Assembly: GCA_951406725.2 (NCBI GenBank)
Contig: OX597838.1
Location: 42,656,001 to 42,720,000, forward strand
DNA from: Octopus vulgaris
Taxonomy: Eukaryota
Direction of reading: 5' to 3'
Length of the DNA stretch: 64,000 nt
Position numbers and translations under genes: made by a program. Positions 23,939 to 34,612 of the stretch are shown in pieces (within the stretch, counting starts at the first letter, position 1; each line of letters begins with the position of its first letter). The notes under the pieces were generated by a model, which worked only from the letters and a program-made list of their open reading frames with translations, was not told the origin of the DNA and did not search any database.

Positions 23939-25981
23939 CTGCAAGGAAAGAAATAACAAGAGGTCAGCCAGGAAATATCACCATCATCATCACTTTAATG
24001 CCTCTCTTTTTCATGCTGGCATGGGTTTGAATGGCTTAAAGCATTGCAGATTACGGCTCTTTCCAGTTCTTTGGTCATCACATCTCTGAAGCCCAACACA
24101 CTAAGTAATGACCCCCAATAGTTCTTCCTCTGCCTTTGGCACCTTCCTGTCAGCAGGTGTCATCCAGTCACATGATATCTCCATATCCACACAATCACTT
24201 CTCTTATCAACACAACACATTCTCCAGCCTCTCTCTCGCACCCCTTCAATATTAGCTGTTATAGTTATACGTCAAGAGCCTCCAACACTAACTTCCCCTT
24301 TCTTCAACATATTCCTGTAGAAATCCTCTGCCTTTGTTTCAATTCATTTTGAAAAAAAACAAGGAACTTGGCAAAATAACTTTGTCTTTATTAAGCTGAC
24401 GTTTGGAACATAAATTTACGGGAAATTCTGATGGAAGCTTTCAATAAAAACCATTTTAAAAAGGAAGTTTGAACCCTAGAACCAGATCTGGTTTCAGGCA
24501 GTTTGGGGTCAAATGGATTAAATGATCTGAGTCAGTAATTTATAAACTTATTTTGATGTGGAACCCATCACGTGATTTGCCAAAAGTCTTGGAATTCATC
24601 CCTATATTCACAGACAGCCCCCTACTGTTACCTTCAGACATTAAATGGAACAAAAATGGTTTTCAAGAAAAAATTTATTTATGTAAAAAGACATAATTCA
24701 AATTATGCAAAAGAAACAGCTCTTGAGATGAAAAAAAAAATGATCAAAACAGTATTCTTAACACAGTTTAAATGTCAGAAGCTATGGTTTTATAGGTGAG
24801 AAAAATCCCTTTAAAGACGTATAGTGTTAGAAAACACAACATACTTCAGAGCTGAGTAAAACAAAATTGCTCCATAAGTGATCACAAGAGTAACAAATAC
24901 TGTATTTCACCATAGTTGCAGGTAATCAACAGATAATAGTGATTTATTATTTTGAAAATAATGGCATTTATTTTATAAAATATTTCCATTCAGTTTCATT
25001 AACCAGCATTTTGTCTTTCAGAAGACCAGAATATTGTCTTTTTCTTTGATTTTGTACAATCACAGATTGACTTTGAGAGAGACTGATTTAGGCAAGAGAA
25101 ACTCCAATCGTTTCTAACAAGTCATCTGATTTCCTTTCATGAATTCTGCTACAATTAACCATTTCTGTACATCCTGCAGCGATTGGACAATTTGACAGGA
25201 TCCACACCAGATTCCATTGTCTACGTTGGCAATATTTCGACACCTAGATGCCCTTTCTAATGCCAACCACTTTGCAGAGAACAACTTCAACTGTTTAAAA
25301 AACCCCAACAAAGTTCTAAACAAGCACGTGGTTAAGCTCGGCATATTGAGTTACCTCCCTTAAGGTAAGAGACTGAAAACTGGTCTCGGGCCAAAATGTT
25401 CCCCACCAAAAAAAATTACCGTAGTACAGCATCAACAAGTAAAAAGAAAAAGGAAAAAAACAAAAAATCGTCCGCGGGCCGCAACAAATGATATTAAATC
25501 TGCATTCACGAATTTCGATTTCCTCGACAAATACGAGCAGTAAATGCGTAAAGCGTGTGAATAGCCTCTTCGCGAGCACCGCACCCTTTCGTTGACACAT
25601 TATGACAGACCTCTTCTCCTTACGCTTTCTCTGAACCCATATTTGGCGAAAAGACGAAATAAAGACGTCGAGTGAAACCTAATCCATAATTTCAATATTT
25701 CTCATAATTTATAACAAAAAATAGTTTGAAAGAAGTATTTTTAAATGCATAGATCGATAATATAAAGGAGATGAGTGATTAGTTTGTTCTTAGATTCGTT
25801 ATAATGTATTGTTGGCAGGAATTGTTTCAAACTTTAACAGAGACGAGTCTCACAAACCGTTAGAAGTAGAGACAACGAGATCACTCGATCTGCCACAACA
25901 ACAACAGCAAGCAAATACAAAACTACCATCTTAAAACAAAGAACGATGTGTTATACATAGTCCTAAACATACAGCATACAT

Positions 25982-26013
<32 letters not shown>

Positions 26014-26163
26014 TACAAGATAGTCGTGATTAGAATGCTCGTTCAGGGCTGACTGGGGGCCAAACTACAACAACAGCCATATAGAAGTAAATAAAGTTAT
26101 TCGAACAGAGGCTTTATAGAATATAACAAAAAATAAAAAAGGTTGTTTGAATATATTTCTTAC

Positions 26164-26282
26164 CTCTCGTGGACAGCCAATTCTCCGAGAAGCATCAACA
26201 AAGTAATGGCATTTAAGAATGGAAACCGGGAGAGAATGAAAAAACAAACTTTCACAGATCGTCTCTTCCAAGTTTGTAACAT
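26164..26282 (-). CDS. TMEM101: Transmembrane protein 101, coding exon 1
   Basis: MLQTWKRRSVKVCFFILSRFPFLNAITLLMLLGELAVHE (cf. LLTRCPFWGCFSQLMLYAERAE). Donor AG|GTAAG, phase 2. Confidence 0.85.
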
Positions 26283-27295
26283 GGTTCACGCCTTCGCCGG
26301 ACAGACACACTTTATCAAAAGGCTATTGTGGGCCTTAAATGCCCTCCACTTACTGTCTCTTCTTTTAAGCAAGTGTCTTCAATTTCTTCTTCTATTTATG
26401 TTGTGTAATTACTCGGCAGACACCAGGCAATCTGCTCACACAGCCACAAACACAACACATACGCAAGGCTTCGCGTTACAGGAAAATGGTTTGTGTCAGA
26501 TATTACAAGGGAGGTAACTCTCCCTGTCAGAGTTTCTGCAGTGGGAATTAAATTCCTTAATTAGCAACTATTTACATTCGTAATCCTTTCCACTATAGTC
26601 ACAACGCCTGAAGTTTGGGAGAAGGGACTTATCGATTACATCGACCCCAGTGCTCAACTGGTACTTATTTTATCGATCCCCGCAAGGTGAAAGGCAAAGT
26701 CGACCTCGGCGATATTTGAACTCAGAACGTAAAGTCATAAAAAATGCCGCTGCGTATTGACGACGAGTCTGCCTTGTTCCACTTGTAATCCACGTCTTTT
26801 ATTCTGATCCCATTCACTTCACATCAATATAGGAATACACACGATGGGAATACAAATTGACCCTAATATCTAGCTGGTGTTTTATTAACCCAACCGAGAT
26901 ATGAAATATAATACTGACTCGTGGGATTTTAACTCCCAATGTAAAGGACCGTGATTAAAAACTGTTTGGGATTCTGTCAAACTCTTCTAACGATCTTGCT
27001 AGCCATCGGTTGAAATACTAACCCCAACTGGTTTACCACGGGTCATTAAACAAAGAAGCATTTGCTGAGAGCCTCACGATTTATCGGAAATTTAAAAACT
27101 TTCTTTCCATGAATATGTGATGTTACATGCAAAAAAGTTCTTTGTTTCATTTATCTATATTTGTTTAGCGAACAATAAAATTCGGTCCTGAAAAAACCCC
27201 AGAACAAATATCTTATTTTTGCGGAGGCTTCAAATGAATTAATGTTTAATGAAGAGCAATTACTGCTACCAATGTTTTATATTAATACAAATTTT

Positions 27296-27700
27296 GGATC
27301 TTTTCAGTTTGACCGGCAGTTTTTAAAAATAATTTCCACGTAACTAAACACTTTTAAACTTCGTATACTGGTAGAATGTGTTTATAAAACATCTTTTTCT
27401 CTTAGCTTTATTGAGAAAATTCTATGGTTTGTAAGATATTTGTTGTTTGTTTTTTTTCCAATTTCAACCAATCAATGACGTCTATTGAGGTGAAAACATT
27501 CTGTGCCGTATGAATATGTCCCCCATTTAAGAAACAGATTGGGTTTATTTACATTTCTGAAGAAAAAAAAGATACCCTTCCCCGCACCCCTAACCCTAAA
27601 ATAGATTGAAATGCAATAGATCGATACTAGGGTCATAATTATGGATGACAATTTCATATGACACTGCTAGAAAAAACTGCCGTTCAAACCGAAAAGATCC
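27296..27700. mobile_element. 405-bp MITE with ~29-bp TIRs and perfect 8-bp TSD (Merlin-like)
   Basis: GGATCTTTTCAGTTTGACCGGCAGTTTTT ... AAAAACTGCCGTTCAAACCGAAAAGATCC. CAAATTTT duplicated at 27288-27295 and 27701-27708. Confidence 0.85.
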
Positions 27701-28244
27701 CAAATTTTAAGAAATTAGATCTCTTAAGTAAGACCAAAGAAAATAAACAAACAAATAGATAAGTTTCTGCCAGCGTGATATTTTAAACAGCAAATGTTTT
27801 CACTTGAATGAACAGAGCGACATAACTAAGGTTGTTATATCAGACACGGGGAACTTTTATCAAGAAGCAGTCCGCGTGAGAGATGGCTTGTCATCGAGTA
27901 GACTGCACTACTAAACAAGTTTAAGATAATTTTTCAATGTTGCACCATTCAGAAAGTCCCACAGGCCGGATGTTGCCCCAAATTGGTTTACATGTATTAT
28001 TGATTCTAAGAAAGTAGAGGTTTACAAAAATATTGACGTGTCTTTTGAGGAAAGCAGGTAAACCAGGTGGCACCCCATTTACCCAGAAGCCACGTAAACC
28101 TGCTTATTCGCGCGAGTTAAACTCTTCGTAGCATGTCAGATCTTACAAAACACTTATTCTTCACATGAAAAGAATTAAAAACTACGAGGGATTTGAAGAA
28201 AACTATCTTTAACAGTGGAACTGAAAGTAAATACTACAATTAAT

Positions 28245-29582
28245 AACCTTTCTACTGAAGGCACATGGCCTTGAAATTTGGAGGGAGGGGACTAGTCAAT
28301 TACATCGACCCCAGTGTATAACTGATACTTAATTTATCGACCCTGAAAAGAAGAAAGGCAAAGTTGACCTCGGCAGAATTTGAACTCAGAACGTAAAGAC
28401 AGACAAAATATTGCTAAGCATTTCACCTGGCGTGCTAACAATTCTGCCAGCTCGCCGCCCCATAACTAGTTAATAATGTACGAGCTGGCAGAATCGTTAG
28501 CACGCCGGGTGAAGTGCTTGGTGGTATTTCGTCGGCCTTTACGTTCTGAGTTCAAATTCCGCCGGGGTCGATAAATTGAGTACCAGTTATGCACTGGGGT
28601 CGATGTAATTGCCTTAATCCGTTTGTCTGTCCTTGTTTGTCCCCTCTATGTTTAGCCCCTTGTGGGTAATAAAGAAATAGGTATTTCGTCTGCCGCTACG
28701 TTCTGAGTTCAAATTCTGCCGAGGTCAACTTTGCCTTTCATCTTTTCGGGGTCAATTAAATAAGTACCAGTTACGCACTGGGTCGATATAATCGACTTAA
28801 TCCATTTGTCTGTCCTCTCTGTGTTTAGCCCCTTGTGAGTAGTAAAGAAATAGGTATTTCGTCTGCCGTTACATTCTGTGTTCAAATTCCACTGAGGTTG
28901 ACTTTGCCTTTCATCCTTTCGGGGTCGATAAATTAAGTACCAGTTGCGTACTGGGGCCGATTTAATCGACTGGCCCCCTCCCAAAAATGTTGGGCCTTGT
29001 GCCTAGAGTAGAAAGGAATAACGTATAGAATATTGTGTCGAAAAATCCCTTTTATTTGAAAAGAAAATCGAAAGCTTCCCTTCGACCTAATTCCATCTGT
29101 GTTTTCAACACAATATTCTGCGCGTTATTACCTGCAGCTCTATGACCAAAGTGGTGAGCTGGCAGAATCGTTAGCACACCGGGTGAAATGCTTCACGTTC
29201 TCAGTTCAAATTCTGCCGAGGTTGACTTTGCCGTTCATCCTTTTGGGAGTCAATGAAATAAGTACCAGTTATACACCAAGGTCGATGTAATCGATGAGAC
29301 CCCTTCCTCCCCCAAATTTTCAAGGCCTTCTGCCTAGAGTAGAAATGATTATTTGCAGCTTTATAAAGTGGGGAGCTGGCAGAATCGTTTGCATGTCGGA
29401 CAAAATGCTCTGCGACATTTCATCCATCTTAATTTTTGAGTTCAAATTCGGCCGAGGTCGCCTTTATTTTTCATCCTTTCCAGGTCGATATAATAAGTAA
29501 CCAGTTGAGCATTGAGGTTGATGTAATCGACAAGACCCACACACGAATTTCGGGCCTTGTGCCTAGAGTAGAAAGGATTATT
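28245..29582. mobile_element. Cluster of Meta-type tRNA-derived SINEs: one minus copy, one plus copy with triplicated body, two further plus copies
   Basis: Repeated GAGCTGGCAGAATCGTTAGC...GAGTTCAAATTC...CTTTGCCTTTCATCCTTTCGGGGTCGATAAA..AAGTACCAG. Further copies of this family occur throughout the window. Confidence 0.85.
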
Positions 29583-30149
29583 GTAGCTTTATACACTTCA
29601 AGTTCCACTGTTAAAACTAATTTAGGACAAACATTGATTTTCTTTTAATGTCTTGAAAAGTAGAGCAATTCCTTTCTTACAACAGATGACATTGAAAAAA
29701 AAAAACAAAAAAGGCAGCTGTTCCTCTGTAGATTCGTTTTTTATTTGCTTTGGCCAACGAGATATAAAAACGTTTCCAGTGTAGACCACCTCCAAAAACA
29801 GTCGCCATGGCCTGATTTAGATGGAAGAGACATTTTCTTCAGGACATTTCACAAATCTCTGAGTAAAACTAAGGCCTTGGAATCTTCTTTAGAAGAAACA
29901 GTTTTACAAAGCACTGAAAAAATAAAACTTTCTAATGAATAGAATTTATAGAAACCGCTGAGTTTAACCATGTTGATGTGGCAAGGAGATTCGCTAGAAA
30001 TAACAGTCAATAATTCACTTTTCTTGCCTTTTGTGATCGATTAAATGTGCACTGGTAATACATTTGGGTTCATTTAACAAAACACAGCGACTGATGGAGA
30101 AATCAGGGATATAAAATGAGTTGGAGGAAAGATTTGATGAGGAGATTAG

Positions 30150-32110
30150 GCAACGGCGCCAGTTCTGTGTATATGCATTTTGCTTTCGGAACCGCAGAAA
30201 TGGGCAGATTTTCTCGAGCACTGAATATCGCCAACTGTCCCAGTTCTTTGTTTTCTCCTTCATGATATTCAAATACCCCAGATTATTCTTCACCACTTCA
30301 CCCGATGTCTTCATGAGTCCCCTTCCTCCTTTATAAGTTCCGTTTACCTTGAGTGGTCAGCACATTTTTATACAGCTGTTGATATGATCGCATGATATGG
30401 TTATCCATATGACCATTCCAACGCAGTCCTCTCTTGCGCACTAAAACTGTTGCCCCTTCTGTCCATTTTTTTTTCTTAATACATTTGTACTTTGTCGTAC
30501 ACGAACGTTACTTTTCACATCCAATGGAGCATTCCTTCCCTGTCTCCACATGTCCTCTGCATTCAGAGTCCACATCTCACAACTATATAAAAATGCTGCT
30601 CATACACAAATATCACACAGCCTGCCTTGCACTTTGAGAGAGAAATCTTTTATGAACAGAGGCAATACTTCTCTGAACGTTTCCCAGCCAGTTCTTATTC
30701 TAGCTTTGCAATTACATCACCAAGTTAAAAGAAGTTATCTAATACCTCTTAAGATTTGAGAAAATCTATTTCCCGTGCACTCTCTTGGTGTTTATTGCTC
30801 CTCTGAATGTCACATACAAAGTTTACTTTCTCTATCAACCTGCTCCTCACTCTATTACACTTCTTATGTTTAAATGGTTTGCCTTGTGTATGTCACATCA
30901 ATTCTCTTCCTATTGACTCAAGGCTATTTCCTTGATGAAAGCAGAGTCCCCTCTCTTTTTTCCTCGTTATTAAAACTTTGCTCTTTGCTAGGTTAACTTT
31001 GAAGCCTTTCGATTCCCGATTCCAGATTTTGTTTCCAAACCTGGAATTTCTTTTTTAATTCTGCAATAGATTCAACCATAACAACAACGTCTTCAGTATA
31101 TAGCCGTTCCCATGAGCAACCAGACTTAAGCTGCTCTGTTATGATCCGTATTTTTATGATGAATAAGAGGGGACTGAACCGAACCCTGATGAATTAACTG
31201 CTCATTAAATTCGTCGCAATACTCGTTAACCCTTACCTTCTGTACATGGCTTGTATAACTCTTACAAACCATTTGTTTGCTCCTAGGTTTTCGAGTGATC
31301 ACTAGATTACAAAGCGAAGGACCCTATCAAAGGCTTTCTCAAGATCGTCTGCTAAATACAGAAGCTAACTTTTGTAGACTTGGGTGTTGAATGACTGTGG
31401 CTGTGTTAGCGATCTACGACCAAGTTTATCTTAAGTTTTTGATAAGATCATTTCTTTACAAATATCTACAACAGTTGTTTACTGGAGGCTGAATCACTGT
31501 TTATCAGTAGAGAGATATGAATATATCTTGTGTTTTGGTTGAGAATATATGTTCATAGTGGACAAATCATTCTTTTTAACCCAGGGTCGGGGAGTGACCA
31601 AGAAACCTGACTCCTCAGGAGATGCCAATGTTCCTCTCTTCTATATTTATTGCCATGATTTGGCAGGAAAATCATAGAAAGTTCCACTAGAAATATACAA
31701 TTCAATGATCGCAACTGAGATGTTATTAGTTAGAATTCAAGACAAGTTGTCTGATATTCTTCCCTTATTTCTCGTTGCTGGGCCAATGACGATTCCATTC
31801 TAAATTCCGCTACACTTTTATCCAAGTCCTTCTGCCTGTACCTCTCTAGGACATATTCAGTTCCTTTCTCAGGCACAAATCTAGTTTACTCCCTCTAATT
31901 AATTGAGCTAGAATTCTTTTCCTAACTTTCATAATCTGGTCCAAACATTTGAATTCGATTCTCCTGTGATTATCTCTACCCGAGGTATCCTATTAACGTT
32001 TGACTGTCATTTAATATAATTACCTTCCTGTACTAATTAAGTAGGCAACAAGACTGTATCCTACTCTACCAGATATTTTAAGCAACTCAACAGTAATTCC
32101 TCAGATTCTT
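30150..32110 (-). mobile_element. Heavily decayed RTE LINE RT region
   Basis: Remnants DLEKAFDRV (~31320-31350), HQGS/SPLLF (~31160-31192) and WERLYTEDVV in place of WELLYADDLV (~31085-31115), with many stops and frameshifts. Confidence 0.75.
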
Positions 32111-32869
32111 TTCTTGTGTGTAGTTCGGTTCTGTTGTTAATAAGTGGGTTGGTCTTGCTTCTTTTATCTTCAGGTTCCCAAAGTTTTGTGCCATCGTTTC
32201 AAGGGAAACCTGGATATATTGGGTGTCGTATATCAGATTTTTTTTTTAATATTGAGGTATTCTTTAACCTGTGTACTAGTATGTTGGTACTTTTAATGTA
32301 GAATTCAATACATGGGTTTATATACTACGTAGGACCGCAGACATATCATTGATCGAGTAATTGGGCAACGTTCAAACGGCTGTATTTGTCTCGGCTCGTT
32401 TTTAGTTAGGATCCTCCCCAGAGAGATCCATAATCTGCCAGTTATATATCCAATCCATTGCTACAGATGGCAGCAGTTGTTTTTTCGTAAAAATGTGGCA
32501 GTTTCAAAAGAAAAATGTTACTTATCCCTGAATGTGTGGATTTTAAGAGGTCTGGTGTTTAGTGAAAGAGTAAGGATGAATCATTCTCTGTAAGGACTTT
32601 TCGGAATTGAACAGTGCTGGGTCTTTTTCTTTTCTGCCTCACTGCATTTACTGTGAATCTCATTTCTAACGCAGGTCATTTTAGCTCTGAAGGGTAGAGA
32701 TGAATTACAATACACAAAGAGGCCCCTACATACTGCTTTTCTACAAAAACTAGTGGAATTGGATCCGTTCTGAAGCAGAGACAAGGAAATGGTATTATCG
32801 GATGCTCCATTTAAAATTTTATTTGTTCCTCGATGTTGTTGAACATATTCTATATTTTTAATGACTTCC

Positions 32870-33560
32870 TCACAAGATGAGGGTTGTTGTGCCCATTCCT
32901 AGTCAGCCTTCAACACTTTGCCCCTCTTCCACAAATCTGGAATGCTCGACATCTTCTGGCAGCACAACATCCACTGTTGCAACTCATACTGGATTCCTCT
33001 TAAACCCAATTTTTCTCGGCCCATTTGTACTCTGGCACACGGACATGTCACATTCATCAGAGCATGCTAGTTTCATTCGCTTCTGCTCTCCACAAGTCTT
33101 CAACATTCAAGAGCAGAACCTTGCTATCATGGAACATCACTGTTCTAACACCTGCATCATAAAATCTACCCTTCACTCTCAGAGAAAACACCTTTGATGC
33201 CACCAGTGGTAATAGTTTGCTCACCATTTTTCCAACCAGTTTTTATCTCAATACTACACTTACAGAGCAACCACTTGCCCTGCTTATTTCAGCCAACCTG
33301 AAACTCAAGAGAATGGCTCTCCAATGTGCTCATGACAAATGTTGCTCCAGGGTATCTGCCACATACAAACACTTCTCTGTAAGTCAGCCGCTAATTCCAC
33401 TGCACCTTTTGTGTATAGTTTTTGGGGTTTATACCTTCTCCTTTCCTGCATATCAAGCAAAGTCATCCCCTTGATGACTAAAACTTACTAAAACTTTAGT
33501 TTCTGCTAACTTTGATACCTCTTGATTCTAGGTTTAACTTCCATGCCAGGAATCTCTTCT
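32870..33560 (-). mobile_element. Decayed RTE LINE C-terminal fragment
   Basis: LEKRFLAWKLNLESRGIKV and nucleotide similarity to the 3199-4010 fragment. Confidence 0.65.
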
Positions 33561-33587
33561 CTAATTCCAATATATGTATATATATTT

Positions 33588-34120
33588 CCGTGTCGGTGGC
33601 ACGTAAAAAGCACCATCCGAATCGTGGCTGAAGCCAGTGCCGCCTCGACTGGCTTCTGTGTCGGTGGCACGTAAAATGCACCATCCGAATCGTGGCCGAA
33701 GCCAGTGCCGCCTCGACTGGCTTCCGTGCCGGTGGCACGTAAAAAGCACCATCCGAATCGTGGCCGAAGCCAGTGCAGCCGCGACTGGCTTCCGTGCCGG
33801 TGGCACGTAAAAAGCACCATCCGAATTGTGGCCGAAGCCAGTGCTGCCGCGACTGGCTTCCGTGCAGGTGGCACGTAAAATGCACCAATCCGACCGTGGC
33901 CGATGCCAGCCTCGCCTGGCTCCAGTGCAGGTGGCACGTAAAAAGCACCCACTACACTCACGGAGTGGTTGGCGTTAGGAAGGGCATCCAGCTGTAGAAA
34001 CATTGCCAGATAAGACTGGAGCCTGGGGCAGCCTTCTGGCTTCCCAGATCCCCGGTCGAACCGTCCAACCCATGCTAGCATGGAGAACGGACGTTAAACG
34101 ATGATGATGATGATGATGAT
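33588..34120 (+). mobile_element. RTE-type 3' tail element with 68-bp tandem array and (GAT)n tail
   Basis: GGCACGTAAAA recurs at 33598, 33666, 33734, 33802, 33870 and 33933, followed by the shared 3' end GGACGTTAAACGATGATG. Confidence 0.9.
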
Positions 34121-34334
34121 GCATGGGATCAAGCAAGTTTCATTTGTCAAAGTGATACAGTATAGAGTTTATTTAAATCTAGTTTTACTAATAATAATCA
34201 GTGCTTGACCAGATTCTATAATAGAAACCCCGTTAAACTGGTGATACTTTTAGTTTTAAGGGTGCCTAACTGTCATGAGCATCCTAGAAAAAAATACCTT
34301 TTCTTTTTAAAGAACATAATTCATTGTTAAGATA

Positions 34335-34612
34335 AAGTTTGTTCCTTCTTGAGCCATTCCTGGCTCATAAGGGCCGGTTTCCAGTTTCCTTGGCGTATAG
34401 ATTCCCCACCTGGTCCGTTGCAAGATGCAGGAGGAAAGAGTGAGAGAAAATTGTGGCATAAGAGTCAGCAGAGGTTCACCATTACCTTTTGCCAGAGCCG
34501 CGTGGAGCTTAGGTGTTTCGCTCAAAAACATACACATCGCCTGGTCTGAGATTCGAACCCGCGATCCCTCGACTGCGAATCAGCTGCTCTAACCACTAGG
34601 CCATGTGCCTCC
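34335..34612 (-). mobile_element. tRNA-derived SINE of a third family
   Basis: GGAGGCACATGGCCTAGTGGTTAGAGCAG...GGGTTCGAATCTC head with A and B boxes, no acceptor stem, followed by a non-tRNA body. Confidence 0.75.

Noticed and set aside
26143-26517. 124-aa plus-strand ORF over the TMEM101 start
   Set aside because: Antisense to exon 1 and the promoter, TTG start, no recognisable motif.
33588-33950. CRISPR-like regularly spaced repeats
   Set aside because: Units are near-identical along their whole length with no unique spacers, there are no cas genes, and the context is a eukaryotic retroelement.
34530-34612. tRNA gene
   Set aside because: A and B boxes are present but there is no acceptor stem or sound anticodon arm, and it continues into a SINE body.
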